The notes below the pieces were generated by a model that made no database searches, had not been told where the DNA came from, and was given only the letters and a program-made list of their open reading frames with translations. A program made the translations under genes and the position numbers. This document shows, in pieces, positions 1 to 8,459 of a stretch of DNA of 32,000 nt. The DNA comes from Wolbachia endosymbiont strain TRS of Brugia malayi (GTDB taxonomy: Bacteria; Pseudomonadota; Alphaproteobacteria; Rickettsiales; Anaplasmataceae). The stretch's first letter is position 1; each line of letters starts with the position of its first letter. The stretch is from NCBI RefSeq assembly GCF_000008385.1, contig NC_006833.1, forward strand, positions 450,001 to 482,000, read 5' to 3'.

Positions 1-1
1 A

Positions 2-211
2 AGATCAACAATGAGAAAGAGTCAAATTGGCTCTGGAGATCGTTCTGAACGTATAAGAACTTATAACTTCCCACAATCAAGAATAACAGATCACAGAATC
101 AATCTAACTTCACATCAGCTAGAGCAGATTATAAAAGAAGGCGAGCTAGATGAATTTATTGAGGTATTAATTTCACGTAATGAAGCAGAAAGATTGGCTG
201 GGGAAAGTTAA
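2..211 (+). CDS. prfA: peptide chain release factor 1, C-terminal fragment (gene begins upstream of the window)
   Basis: The frame is open from the window edge. The translation ...[45 protein letters not shown]... matches the conserved RF1 C-terminal block (RTYNFPQxRxTDHRI). Confidence 0.85.
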
Positions 212-227
212 TACATATACACCTACA

Positions 228-1394
228 TTAATGTAATGTATTTTTTAAAAGCAACAAATAGATAGTAAAAATAAGTTCTAACACTACCGCAGAAAGAACA
301 AGGAGAGATACACTGATTGCCTGACCATTGTAAACGTAGCTTGTTAAACCGATAAAAATAGCTATGATAAAAGACCTGATAAACGAAACTGCAGAAGAAG
401 CTGTACCTTTGATATCAGGGAAAATATTCAATGATGCATTGAAGATGACTGGCTGGCAAATTGCACAACCAACCACGAAAATAATCATAGACAGTGTTAC
501 TAAGCAAGACAAATGGGGCATAGTTAAACTGAATATTACAAGCGATAGAGACCCTATGATAATCATGCCTGTACCAGAAATTACACATCTTATTGCCCCA
601 AGTTTCTGCAAAATTTTGCCAGTAAATAGACTGACAAGTGAGAAACATCCAACTATTGCACCTTGATGCAGCGCGTAAATAGTGCTAGATAAACCAAAAG
701 TTTTCATATATAAAAAAGGTCCACAAGTGATGAACGACATATAAGCAGCAGAAAAAAAGCTTGGTACCAAAGACAACGCCATAAATTTTGAACTCGATAA
801 TAACTTTCTATAATCTTTCATCATTTTTTTCAAATTGAAAATATCGCGGTCCTTTTTTGTTTCCGGTAACGCTAAAAGCAGTAAAATCCAAGAGATCAAA
901 CAAATTATTGCAACACTTGCATAATTGCCACGCCACCCAATAATTCCATTAATAAAACTACCTAAGACTGGTGCAATTGCCATGACAACTGTGAGAACAG
1001 AATTCATGATTCCAATAAATTTTATAGCTTTGTTTCCTTGATAACTATCTGCAATAATTGTAAATACAACTACAGATGTGCTAACACCAATACCTTGAAT
1101 AAAGCGGGAGGTTAAAAGCCAAAAAACTGACGGTGCAAAAACACAACCAATAGCGCCAATTAACAGTAAAGTATTACCTATGATCATAATTTTCCTTCTG
1201 CCATAACATTCAGATAACGGACCAAAAAATAGCCCTCCTATACAAAGGCCCAGGAAATTATAAGCAATAGTTAACTGAATTGTACCTTCCAATATATTGA
1301 AATAGCGTGCTATATCTGGAAAGCCAGGTACAGAAATATCAATTTCAATGAATTGGGCAATCAGAGATAGAATCAACAGAAAGGGTAGTAACAT
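228..1394 (-). CDS. MFS transporter, Bcr/CflA-like drug/H+ antiporter family
   Basis: 388-aa polytopic ORF of about 12 hydrophobic helices. It has the MFS loop motif GPLSECYGRRKIMIIG (G-x-L-s-D-x-x-G-R-R) between TM2 and TM3. Confidence 0.75.
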   Translation of the reverse strand: MLLPFLLILSLIAQFIEIDISVPGFPDIARYFNILEGTIQLTIAYNFLGLCIGGLFFGPLSECYGRRKIMIIGNTLLLIGAIGCVFAPSVFWLLTSRFIQGIGVSTSVVVFTIIADSYQGNKAIKFIGIMNSVLTVVMAIAPVLGSFINGIIGWRGNYASVAIICLISWILLLLALPETKKDRDIFNLKKMMKDYRKLLSSSKFMALSLVPSFFSAAYMSFITCGPFLYMKTFGLSSTIYALHQGAIVGCFSLVSLFTGKILQKLGAIRCVISGTGMIIIGSLSLVIFSLTMPHLSCLVTLSMIIFVVGCAICQPVIFNASLNIFPDIKGTASSAVSFIRSFIIAIFIGLTSYVYNGQAISVSLLVLSAVVLELIFTIYLLLLKNTLH

Positions 1395-1565
1395 TTAAAA
1401 TTTCTAATTAATGGATAAAGGTAGCACATTTAAAGAGCTTAGCAAAGAACACTTTTATTATTACAAAAATGGCCCCCATTTTAAAATACTCTACATATTA
1501 CAAAAAGAAGTTTACATTAGATCTCTTGCATAACAAGCTAGCAGCGATATATAAACCTCAGGAAC

Positions 1566-1844
1566 GAAAAAATTACTTGACAAGCCCCGTCAGTCTCTTT
1601 ATCATGTACAGTAAGGTTGTTTTATATAACTTCCTAACCTGGGTAGGTTAAAACGGCAAGAAAGTTTTGTATTTGATGTACTGTTATTTAAATTTTTACA
1701 CTTGTACACCTTATGTCTTTATAAAACTAGGTTTTTACCTATAAAGCGTTTAAGGCTAAAAAACACCAAATATAGAAAATAGATAGTAATTAGGGCTTTT
1801 TTACCTTTTTCCCTATTTTAGTAAGTTTTTTAAATATTTGTAGC
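1566..1844 (+). repeat. copy A of a ~300-bp non-coding intergenic repeat family (short variant)
   Basis: Shares ordered blocks with copies at 13529-13843(-), 25680-25990(-) and 31576-31878(+): AAAAAnCTACTTGAYAA, CTGTrcAGrTTAAAcGrcAAg, TTTTrCACTwTGTrCACC..TCTTTATAAA, AGGTTTTTACCTATA, GTTTAAGrC and CTTTTrCCTTTTTyyCT...AATATTTGT. Contains TTGACA (1577-1582), a 17-nt spacer, then TATCAT (1600-1605). Lacks the internal segment after CCTATA that the other copies carry. Confidence 0.7.
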
Positions 1845-2109
1845 TAAGGATTTATATCAAACCTAAAATATAAGTTTTTAGTTATGAAAAGCAAAGTTTT
1901 TATAAGATTGACCTCACAGAAAGAAAAAGAGGAGGGAAAGTTAGGCTATTTTGAAATAAAATGAAACGCCTGTTTGCAAGGGTTGAGATAGAGGGAACAC
2001 ACAACAAAGTTTAAAGTGGAAGTATAAAAAATTACACATCAACATTTTCTACTCTTTTTCACGAATTTCATGTTAAATAACATGATTGCATATACCTTAT
2101 AGAAGGTAT

Positions 2110-2980
2110 AAAAGTTTTTATGTTCTGGGTAACAGTTTACTCGATAATAGCACATTTTGTGGAATCTTAGAAACATTCTCTTTGCAAAAAGCGTAAAATT
2201 TGATGACCCTTTTTATCAAGGCAGGTCTTTCAGAGTAATAGTCCTACTGCTGTTGAATACGTAGCGAAATTTAGATTTAGAATAGTTTAAATCTGGACGG
2301 AGTTATTTACCCTTTAGCAGGCACCATGGAAGGCAAGATCAAAACTACGTAGTTTCGTATGTAGCAGTATCCAAAATTCCCGCCTCCATTTATTCCTATT
2401 TCTTCAACAAATTTCGTTTAGCTAACCAACAATGATATTATGGGTTGCTACCACCTTGGCAATACTAGAGCTGAGGAGATACTGGAGCAGGCAGTTAGTG
2501 AAATATGTAATGCACTTAATGTTCTAAACAAACGGGGTGCTTAGTATGTAGTTGTTACAAGTGCTTCTGACATTGACTTAATACTAGCTTTTAACAAAAA
2601 TGGAAAAGCCAAAGGTACTAGCTACAAAACTCACAGAGAGTTTCAATGTAAAATTAGCTAACAGTTTAGATGATATGAGGGAAAGTACAGATCTTGAAAC
2701 AAAAGTATTTGACCTTAACTCTAAAATGAAAAATATGCTTAGCGAATATAAGAGCAAAGGTTTAAATTATCAAGATGTGTGTATATTGAATGTTGCAGAT
2801 CAATTTAGAGGATTTAAGGAAAACATAAAAATACTTTTAAAGTTGATCCTAAAAGGAAAACTTGACGCTCACTATAATCCTGGGTGTAGTAAAGAAACAC
2901 TAAAGAACTATTTCTTTTTTGACTGTTTCCACTCAACTGCGGAACCTCACCATAAAGTTGGTAATGAAATATACGCTTGA
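2110..2980 (+). pseudogene. GDSL/SGNH-family lipase/esterase, fragmented
   Basis: GDSL block I survives as VLGNSLLDNS (2122-2151, D to N). A GRFSNG-like piece, QVFQSNSPTAVEYVAKF, follows in another frame near 2225-2285. The segment RGA*YVVVTSASDIDL has a TAG at 2542-2544. A frameshift near 2595 leads into ORF 2600-2980. That ORF ends with the block V motif FFFDCFHSTAEPHH (DxxH catalytic dyad). I count at least three lesions. Confidence 0.65.
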
Positions 2981-3109
2981 TTAAAAGCGATGAATGTGAG
3001 TTAATTTACACTAAATAACAAGAGAGTGTGCTCTTGTAACCAGATTGATTGATAAATTGATTTTACTATCATTGCAGCTTATTATGCATAGATAATCTCA
3101 GTAAAAATA

Positions 3110-5737
3110 ATGAAGCTAAATGAAATTAGAGAAAGATTTATAAAATTTTTTGTACGTAATAACCACAAGCAGGTTTTTTCTTCTCCTTTAATTCCAGAAC
3201 ATGACCCAACGCTTATGTTCACAAATGCTGGCATGGTGCAGTTTAAAAACATCTTTACCGGTATACAAAAAACTGACATAAAACGTGCTGTCTCGAGTCA
3301 AAAGTGTCTGAGAGTAGGCGGTAAACATAACGATCTTGAAAATGTCGGCTATACGACTCGGCACCACACATTTTTTGAAATGCTCGGAAATTTTAGTTTC
3401 GGTGATTACTTCAAAGAAACTGCGATAGAATTTGCGTGGAAATTTATCACTGAAGAATTGTCTCTTGATAAAAACAGATTGTCCATAACCATCTACCATA
3501 CTGATGATAAGTCATACGAAATTTGGCGTAAGGTAAGTGGCTTTTCAAACGATAAAATCATCAGGATTGCAACAGATGACAATTTTTGGAGTATGGGCAA
3601 TATTGGCCCATGTGGGCCATGTTCTGAAATTTTTTACGACTATGCAAAGCCTAATCTACAGAACGATGACAGAATTGTTGAAATCTGGAATCTAGTATTC
3701 ATGGAATTTAATAAAGATGAGGAAGGCAATTTGCAAAAATTGCCAAAAAAATGCATCGATACTGGTATGGGCCTTGAGAGAGTAGCTGCTGTAATGCAAA
3801 ACGTCTATGATAACTATGACATTGATCTATTTTCCGCTCTGATAAGTAAATCACAGGAATATTGTGGAAATGTAGAGAATAAAGCAGCACATAAGATCAT
3901 TGCAGATCACCTTCGTGCAGCTGCATTTCTCATTGCAGAAGGGGTACTCCCTGGAAATGAAGGTAGAAATTATATATTACGCAGATTAATCAGGAGAGCC
4001 GTGCGTTACATTCATCAACTTGGATATAATGATCCCCTACTCCATCGCATTTTTCCAGTGCTGATAGATAGCACAAGTTCAGCTTATATGGGAGGTGTCT
4101 ATCCTGAATTAATCAGAGCTAAAAGCTTAATAGAAACGACATTAAAATCAGAGGAAGAAAACTTTAAAGACACTCTGATAAAAGGTATTAATCTTTTGAA
4201 GAAATTCACTACAGATTTGAAACCAGGCGATACTTTATCGGGAGAGTCAGCGTTTAAACTATATGATACTTACGGATTTCCTTTAGATATCACACTCGAT
4301 ATTTTAAAAGAAAGAAAAATAAATTTCGATCAAAAGGGTTTTGATAATGCAATGGAAGAACAGAAAGAAAGAGCACGTGCTAAATGGACCGGATCTGGTG
4401 AAAAATCCATTGAGCAAATATGGTTTAATTTGATTGATAAATTTGGCAAAACAGAGTTTGTTGGTTATGAGTTTAGTGAGGTAAAGGATGCGAAAGTACT
4501 AGTCATACTTTCCTCTAAAAATGAAGTAATTGATTCTGCAAAAGAGGGAGAGAAGATAACCATTATACTTGATAAAACACCTTTTTATGGCGAATCAGGT
4601 GGACAGGTGGGAGATACTGGTAGTTTCATTATCCCTTCTATCACCCCAGTGCTTGATACTAAGATCCAGAAAAAAAATGATAGGTCATGCGATCGTATTA
4701 CTGAAGGTATAGCTATAGTAGAGAATACCAATAAAGTTAATGACCTATACTTACACAGATGCATAGTTAAATCTGGCTCAATTTGTAAAGATGACATAGT
4801 TACAGCAAGCACTGACAAGGAAAGAAGGCAAAACCTAAGAAGAAATCACTCAGCTACACATCTTCTGCACTTTGCATTAAGAAAAATCTTGGGTGATCAT
4901 GTCACTCAAAAAGGTTCCCTAATTGCACCAGATAGATTACGATTTGACTTCAGTCATAACACTCAAGTTACTCGCGATCAGCTGTCTTTGATAGAAGATA
5001 TGGTAAACTCTTTAATCAGAGAAAATCTTTCCGCATTCACAAAAATTCAGAGCATGAATCAGGCAATAGGTGAAGGGGCTATGGCACTATTCGGTAAAAA
5101 ATATGGCGATCAAGTTAGAGTTGTAAACATTGGAGATTCAAAAGAGTTATGTGGTGGCACACACGTGGAGCGTACTGGAGAAATTGGTTTATTTAAGATA
5201 ATAACAGAATGTTCCATTGCATCTGGAGTAAGAAGAATCGAAGCTTTAACCGGTCAAGAAGCAATTGATTATGCACGTGATAATGAAATCAACTTAAGAA
5301 AAATTGCAGAACTCGTAAAAGCGCCAGTAAATGAAATAACAAGCCGGTTAAGTATTTTAAACCAAGAGCGCAAAGAGTCCGAAACTAAAATAAAAAGCCT
5401 CTACAAAAAGCTTGTAAGCGCAGAAAACATAAAAAGCATTGAAATAAATGGAATGAATTTCGTAAGCCACTCTTTTACTGACATTCCAGCAAATATAGTA
5501 AGGGAATTCACTTTACAGCAACAAAAACCAAAAACGGTAATAGCTTTTACGGCAATGGAGAAAAATAAAACAGTGTTGATCGTTAAAGTAAGTAAAGATT
5601 TAGTCGATAAAATTAGCACGAAAGAACTGGTATCTACTGTAACTGGGGGAGTTTGTGGTGAAAATGCTGAGCTCACTCAAACAGGCTGTGATAGTAGTGA
5701 TATTTTCACAGCTATTTACAGTTACTTAACAAGATAG
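3110..5737 (+). CDS. alaS: alanine--tRNA ligase
   Basis: 875-aa ORF with class II AlaRS blocks [23 protein letters not shown] and [18 protein letters not shown]. The editing-domain motifs HSATHLLH and CGGTHV are also present. Confidence 0.95.
4639..4716 (+). repeat. decayed palindromic repeat element inserted in frame in alaS
   Basis: tatcaccccagtgcttgatactaagatccag...tcatgcgatcgtattactgaag aligns with the ileS element tgtcatcccagttcttgacagtgggatccag...tcacgtgctggaatgacactgaag. I count 23/30 matches in the first arm and an identical actgaag end. It encodes [24 protein letters not shown] between GGQVGDTG and the barrel domain. Confidence 0.6.
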
Positions 5738-5741
5738 TGTA

Positions 5742-8399
5742 TTATGCCCCTGCTGCTGAGCAAAGCTCGTTAACGGAATTCTTATGTTCCTGTGTTACAA
5801 GCTCATTCAATTTAGTGCTTACTGTTCTTTCTGTTCCTTGACAGATGTTTTTATCTTTGCTGATTAATGTGAATTCAATATCCTTAAAAAATCTATCCCA
5901 CATTCCACACAGATGATCTTTTATTTTAGGCCATATATCCTTTTTAAATGTTTCACCATCATCAGAAAATACATCACCTACTAAAGCTCCCATTTCTTCA
6001 TAACTCAACTCAAAATATTTAAGCAATGTCTCTACTTCCTTATAAGTATCATGTGCCATATCTAATGCTCTTCCTTCTGTACTTTCATTCTTTTTTGTAG
6101 CTGACCAGCCCATTTTAATATAGCCTAAACCAACTTTGCAAGAGCCCCAAAACCGTGAAAGTCCACTTTTATTATCCTTTGGTACATTATTTATTATATT
6201 TCCTGCCAAATTACCTATCAAAGGAGACAATAAAACTTGACAAAAATGTTTGACATTATCTTTCGTTTTAATCACAGGATATTTGATGCATTTCTCTGCT
6301 AAATAATACTCAAGTTCTGCTTTTTCTAATAATTTTTTGATTGCCTCCCCATCAAAGGCTTCATTCCTCTTGAATATATCTAGCAACTCATCTTCTATTA
6401 TTGCAAATTTTATTTTTTCTCGAGACGTTAGCTCTTCTTTGTAATCATTTTTTGTTTTTTCATTTATTAATAACCATTCTTTACATAACTCCAGTTGTTC
6501 TAATGCTTTTAGAATTCTTTCATTCCTTTCTAAGAGCACTTTTATTGATTTTGTACACGGATGCCCTTTTTCCCTACCATTTAGTTTGGTTTTTAAACGC
6601 TCATTTTGACCTTTTAGTGCTTGTTCTACTTCTAAATTTTCTTGTTCCTGCTTGCGGGAAGCCTCAATCATTTCTGCCAGATCTGGTTCATATTCTTTCA
6701 ATATCCTGCATAAATCCAGAACACCTCTCTTTTGTTCTTGAAGTAATCTTTGCATTTCATATTGTTTTATCTCTAAATACGTCTTTTCTACAAAGCCATT
6801 TACTTCACCTGAAGTTTTTGCTTTCAGCCCATCAATCTCTTCCTCTAAGGACTGCTTTACCCTATCATCTAATCTACTCAGTAGAGTCCGAATAGCTTTT
6901 ATTCTTGATTCTATTAACCTTTGCTCAATCTCTTGATCATCGTGTTCTAATTTAAAAAGATCTTCTAATCTCCTTTTTAAGGCACCACCTTTTAAGTTGC
7001 TGTTTCTCCAATTCTCATGTATTTCTTCCAATTCTTTACATATATCATTATACCTTTTCAATACTACCTCTTTTAAATATCGAATTTCTTCTTTTGCATT
7101 ATCTAGAGCTGTCCTTGTTTCTTGAAGATACTTATTCTCAGAAACCTCAATAAATGTTCTTTTACGTACTTCTTTGTTGTACTTCCATTCCGCTTCATAC
7201 ACAGAAAACTCACATTCTTTTAAGTCTTTTGGTACTTCTACCCCTGCATTTTCCAAATCTTCTATTATAATATCTTTTTTACTTGATAACTCTTTACCTT
7301 GGTTTTTTAATTCTTGCTTTACTAATACTTCTTTCAGCCTTTCCTCTAAGGAAAAACCTTCCTTTCTTATTCCCTCTCCCTGTGCAATCTTGATTGCCTG
7401 TATAAAGGCAACTCCGTAAGCATCCTGTATTAAGTGACTTGTCAATTTAGGACCTACACTATTCACTACTTTTAGTCTGAATCCGTTCAACAGTTCCTTC
7501 AGCTTATCATAAGTAATATCTTTCTTTTCTATTTTTATCAGCTCCTCCATAGTTCTTGCGAACTCCTGAATTGAAGTCTCGAGCACCTCCTTGATCTCAT
7601 TACGCAAAGGCACGAGACCATTTCTTAAATGGATATTAGCTGATAATTTCAGTACGGTATTATGTTCTGAATCCCGTATAACAAATGGTTTATCATTTTT
7701 ATCTTCACACAAATCTCTAAGCAACTGCTCAAATTGTGACGGAAATTTCATTTCCATATTCCATGTAATGTTTGGCCCAGTAACTTCTGTTTCATGAAAA
7801 GATATCTCAACATTTTGGTGTTCATTATAATATAACCCCATACTTACTTTAAGAGCAGCAATCAAAGAGTAAGATAATTCTTTATTCAAAAGATAAAAAG
7901 TAGCCAAGGCGAGCGTTGCAGGAATAATTAATACCACAAGCACAGCTATATTAACAAGAATTGCTATTGCGGCAAGAACACCACATGCTAATCTTTTTAT
8001 TGTACTTTCACTTACTTCACTCTTTTTTATTTTATTTTCCTCTGAACTATTCTGTGTTTCATCGTTTATTTTAAACCTGTTATATATAACTAACCCTAAT
8101 GCAGTAAAAGCGATATAAGGAAGCATTAAAACAGATAGAGCTAAATTCAACACCCGTTTTTCCGTGCAAGCTCTGTTTATCTCCTTAAATATTTCACTTG
8201 ATACATTACACCAGGAAGTAAAGAAGTCAGAGTCATAACTTTTATAATGAAATATACTCAGTGGAATATCAAACCCAGCTAACAATTTCTTCTTTTCTTC
8301 CAAACTAGAAACAGATTGTTGTTCTCCTAAAGTAACAATAGGCTCTTCTTTATTGTTATTTGAGCTAAAAACTTTTTCACAAACTACAACAGTATTCAT
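5742..8399 (-). CDS. hypothetical membrane-anchored coiled-coil protein (orphan; candidate secreted effector)
   Basis: 885-aa uninterrupted ORF. Hydrophobic segments are LNLALSVLMLPYIAFTALGLVIY and ACGVLAAIAILVNIAVLVVLIIPATLALATFYLL (about aa 83-172). About 700 aa of E/K/L-rich heptad-like sequence follows. I recognise no catalytic motif. The gene is convergent with alaS, with stops 4 nt apart. Confidence 0.7.
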   Translation of the reverse strand: MNTVVVCEKVFSSNNNKEEPIVTLGEQQSVSSLEEKKKLLAGFDIPLSIFHYKSYDSDFFTSWCNVSSEIFKEINRACTEKRVLNLALSVLMLPYIAFTALGLVIYNRFKINDETQNSSEENKIKKSEVSESTIKRLACGVLAAIAILVNIAVLVVLIIPATLALATFYLLNKELSYSLIAALKVSMGLYYNEHQNVEISFHETEVTGPNITWNMEMKFPSQFEQLLRDLCEDKNDKPFVIRDSEHNTVLKLSANIHLRNGLVPLRNEIKEVLETSIQEFARTMEELIKIEKKDITYDKLKELLNGFRLKVVNSVGPKLTSHLIQDAYGVAFIQAIKIAQGEGIRKEGFSLEERLKEVLVKQELKNQGKELSSKKDIIIEDLENAGVEVPKDLKECEFSVYEAEWKYNKEVRKRTFIEVSENKYLQETRTALDNAKEEIRYLKEVVLKRYNDICKELEEIHENWRNSNLKGGALKRRLEDLFKLEHDDQEIEQRLIESRIKAIRTLLSRLDDRVKQSLEEEIDGLKAKTSGEVNGFVEKTYLEIKQYEMQRLLQEQKRGVLDLCRILKEYEPDLAEMIEASRKQEQENLEVEQALKGQNERLKTKLNGREKGHPCTKSIKVLLERNERILKALEQLELCKEWLLINEKTKNDYKEELTSREKIKFAIIEDELLDIFKRNEAFDGEAIKKLLEKAELEYYLAEKCIKYPVIKTKDNVKHFCQVLLSPLIGNLAGNIINNVPKDNKSGLSRFWGSCKVGLGYIKMGWSATKKNESTEGRALDMAHDTYKEVETLLKYFELSYEEMGALVGDVFSDDGETFKKDIWPKIKDHLCGMWDRFFKDIEFTLISKDKNICQGTERTVSTKLNELVTQEHKNSVNELCSAAGA

Positions 8400-8427
8400 A
8401 TTATATCACTTTACCTCAATTACCTTA

Positions 8428-8456
8428 AGTATAGCATAAATGCTGACAATTTACAA
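8428..8456 (-). promoter_or_regulatory. sigma70-like promoter candidate for the 885-aa gene
   Basis: On the minus strand: TTGTAA (8456-8451), a 17-nt spacer, then TATACT (8433-8428). The -10 lies 29 nt upstream of the ATG at 8399. This is a consensus match only. Confidence 0.3.
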
Positions 8457-8459
8457 CTG

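Noticed and set aside
224-246. The palindrome tacattaatgta followed by a T-run, lying between the convergent prfA and MFS genes, as a bidirectional terminator
   Set aside because: The stem is AT-only and has essentially no loop, so it would be too weak for a confident intrinsic terminator call.
364-666. 100-aa plus-strand ORF (and the 415-648 minus-strand ORF) inside the MFS transporter gene
   Set aside because: It lies entirely within or antisense to a well-supported 388-aa membrane protein gene and has no recognisable motifs. I treat it as a shadow ORF.
2600-2980. 126-aa ORF as a stand-alone gene
   Set aside because: It is the C-terminal piece (blocks III-V) of the fragmented GDSL lipase. 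Upstream blocks lie in other frames.
3029-3046. The hairpin caagag-agtgtg-ctcttg upstream of alaS as a terminator or regulatory element
   Set aside because: It is a short 6-bp stem with no following U-run and no recognisable T-box or riboswitch context.
6401-7797. Plus-strand ORFs 6401-6895, 7174-7419 and 7591-7797, antisense to the 885-aa gene
   Set aside because: Their Leu/Phe/Ser-rich low-complexity translations are the expected antisense shadow of a Glu/Lys-rich coiled-coil gene.
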